NCBI GenBank assembly: GCA_039028335.1
Contig: JBCCIF010000001.1
Location: 33,090 to 97,089 of the forward strand
From: Bacteroidota bacterium
Lineage (GTDB): Bacteria; Bacteroidota; Bacteroidia; Flavobacteriales_D; JABDKJ01
Direction: 5' to 3'
Length of the DNA: 64,000 nucleotides
Positions 63,076 to 64,000 of this stretch are shown piece after piece (the stretch's first letter is position 1; each line of letters starts with the position of its first letter). The notes below the pieces were generated by a model. It was not told the origin of the DNA and ran no database searches. It was given only the letters and a program-made list of their open reading frames with translations. A program made the translations under genes and the position numbers.

Positions 63076-64000
63076 ATGAGCTTTGAAGTAAAAGTTCCAA
63101 GTCCTGGAGAATCGATTTCAGAAGTCGAAATTGCACAGTGGTTAGTTGCAGAAGGTGATTATGTAGAAAAGGATCAAGTTATCTGTGAAGTAGATTCTGA
63201 CAAAGCCACTTTAGAATTGGTTGCTGAAGAATCTGGAGCCATTTCAATTAAAGCAAATGAAGGGGATGCAGTTGAAGTAGGTTCAGTCATTGCAAGTATT
63301 GATACCAGTGCAAAAGCGCCTGAAGGAAAAAAGGCAGAGAAAAAGGAAGAAGCCAAAGCTGCTGCTCCAAGTCCAATGCCCGCGGCAAAAGTTGAAGAAA
63401 AAAAGGCCGAACCAGTCGCAGCAGGTCATGCCAAAGGCCATGCTAGCCCTGCTGCAAAAAAGATGATGTCCGAGAATGGAATAGCTGCTGCCAATGTAAA
63501 TGGAACAGGCAAAGGAGGAAGGATTACAAAACAGGATATTTTAGCACATCTTTCAGGAGGAGTTCATGCAAATCAACTGGAAGGAGCTTGGTCAGGTGGC
63601 AGAGAAACCTCTTCAGAAAAAATGTCGAGTCTCAGAAGGAAGATAGCTACCCGTTTGGTTGCTGTGAAGAATGAGACAGCGATGCTTACCACATTCAACG
63701 AAGTGGATATGAAGCCCATCATGGATTTAAGGGCGAAGTACAAAGTGAAGTTCAAAGAAACGTATGGCGTTGGTTTAGGGTTTATGTCCTTTTTCACTAA
63801 GGCGGTTTGTGAAGGACTCAAAATGTTTCCAGCGGTGAATTCAATGATTGATGGTGATCACATGATTTCTCATGACTATGTCGATATGGGAATCGCGGTT
63901 TCTTCACCAAAAGGTCTTATGGTGCCAGTTGTGCGCAATGCAGAAAGCATTACAATGCATGAGATAGAGGCAGAGATAAAGCGTTTAGCCATCAAGGCAA
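63076..64000 (+). CDS. sucB: dihydrolipoamide succinyltransferase E2 component (5' part; continues beyond window end)
   Basis: My translation from the ATG at 63076: MSFEVKVPSPGESISEVEIAQW...CEVDSDKATLEL (lipoyl-lysine motif), an Ala/Pro/Lys linker, an E3-binding motif SPAAKKMMSENG, and the start of the catalytic domain RRKIATRL. Not in the ORF track because it has no stop. Confidence 0.92.
   Translation, partial: MSFEVKVPSPGESISEVEIAQWLVAEGDYVEKDQVICEVDSDKATLELVAEESGAISIKANEGDAVEVGSVIASIDTSAKAPEGKKAEKKEEAKAAAPSPMPAAKVEEKKAEPVAAGHAKGHASPAAKKMMSENGIAAANVNGTGKGGRITKQDILAHLSGGVHANQLEGAWSGGRETSSEKMSSLRRKIATRLVAVKNETAMLTTFNEVDMKPIMDLRAKYKVKFKETYGVGLGFMSFFTKAVCEGLKMFPAVNSMIDGDHMISHDYVDMGIAVSSPKGLMVPVVRNAESITMHEIEAEIKRLAIKA

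Overview
Gene-dense 64-kb chromosomal segment with about 60 CDS and many short or overlapping junctions. It reads as Bacteroidota, probably Flavobacteriia-like. Evidence: T9SS type-A and type-B C-terminal sorting domains, a CarboxypepD_reg-type TonB-dependent receptor, an HU-CCDC81/SPOR protein, TAnnTTTG -7 promoter motifs, and frequent TTG/GTG starts. Most of the window is housekeeping: leuS, trpS, aspS, polA, dprA, gdhA, kbl, kdsB, gmk, nadD, trmB, tadA, rplM-rpsI, rpsB-tsf, pyrH-frr, rfbA, sucA-sucB. Two real CDS are cut by the window edges and so are missing from the ORF track: an FG-GAP repeat protein (1-1914, minus) and sucB (63076-64000, plus). By-eye inspection of every intergenic gap over about 75 bp found no rRNA, tRNA, CRISPR array, transposase, integrase or prophage block. 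I do not recognise any canonical defence system. The signals most worth a second look are: (1) a perfect 24-bp palindrome with a consensus FNR/CRP box (TTGAT-N4-ATCAA) between a Crp/Fnr-family gene and a DinB-like gene; (2) a 1.45-kb AT-rich islet (8312-9766) holding a tightly coupled two-gene pair whose first product has an HNH/EndoVII-like HH...N...H...H pattern (toxin/immunity-like), followed by about 520 bp of apparently decayed sequence; (3) a T9SS cargo protein combining a Kazal-like module, a tentative Kunitz-like module and MopE-type metal-binding repeats; (4) a membrane protein / cytochrome c / fatty-acid-hydroxylase cassette with overlapping genes; (5) tandem secreted paralogs separated by an 11-bp perfect hairpin; (6) a tail-fibre/S74-chaperone protein in a non-phage context. 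All functional calls come from motif recognition by eye. No searches were run.
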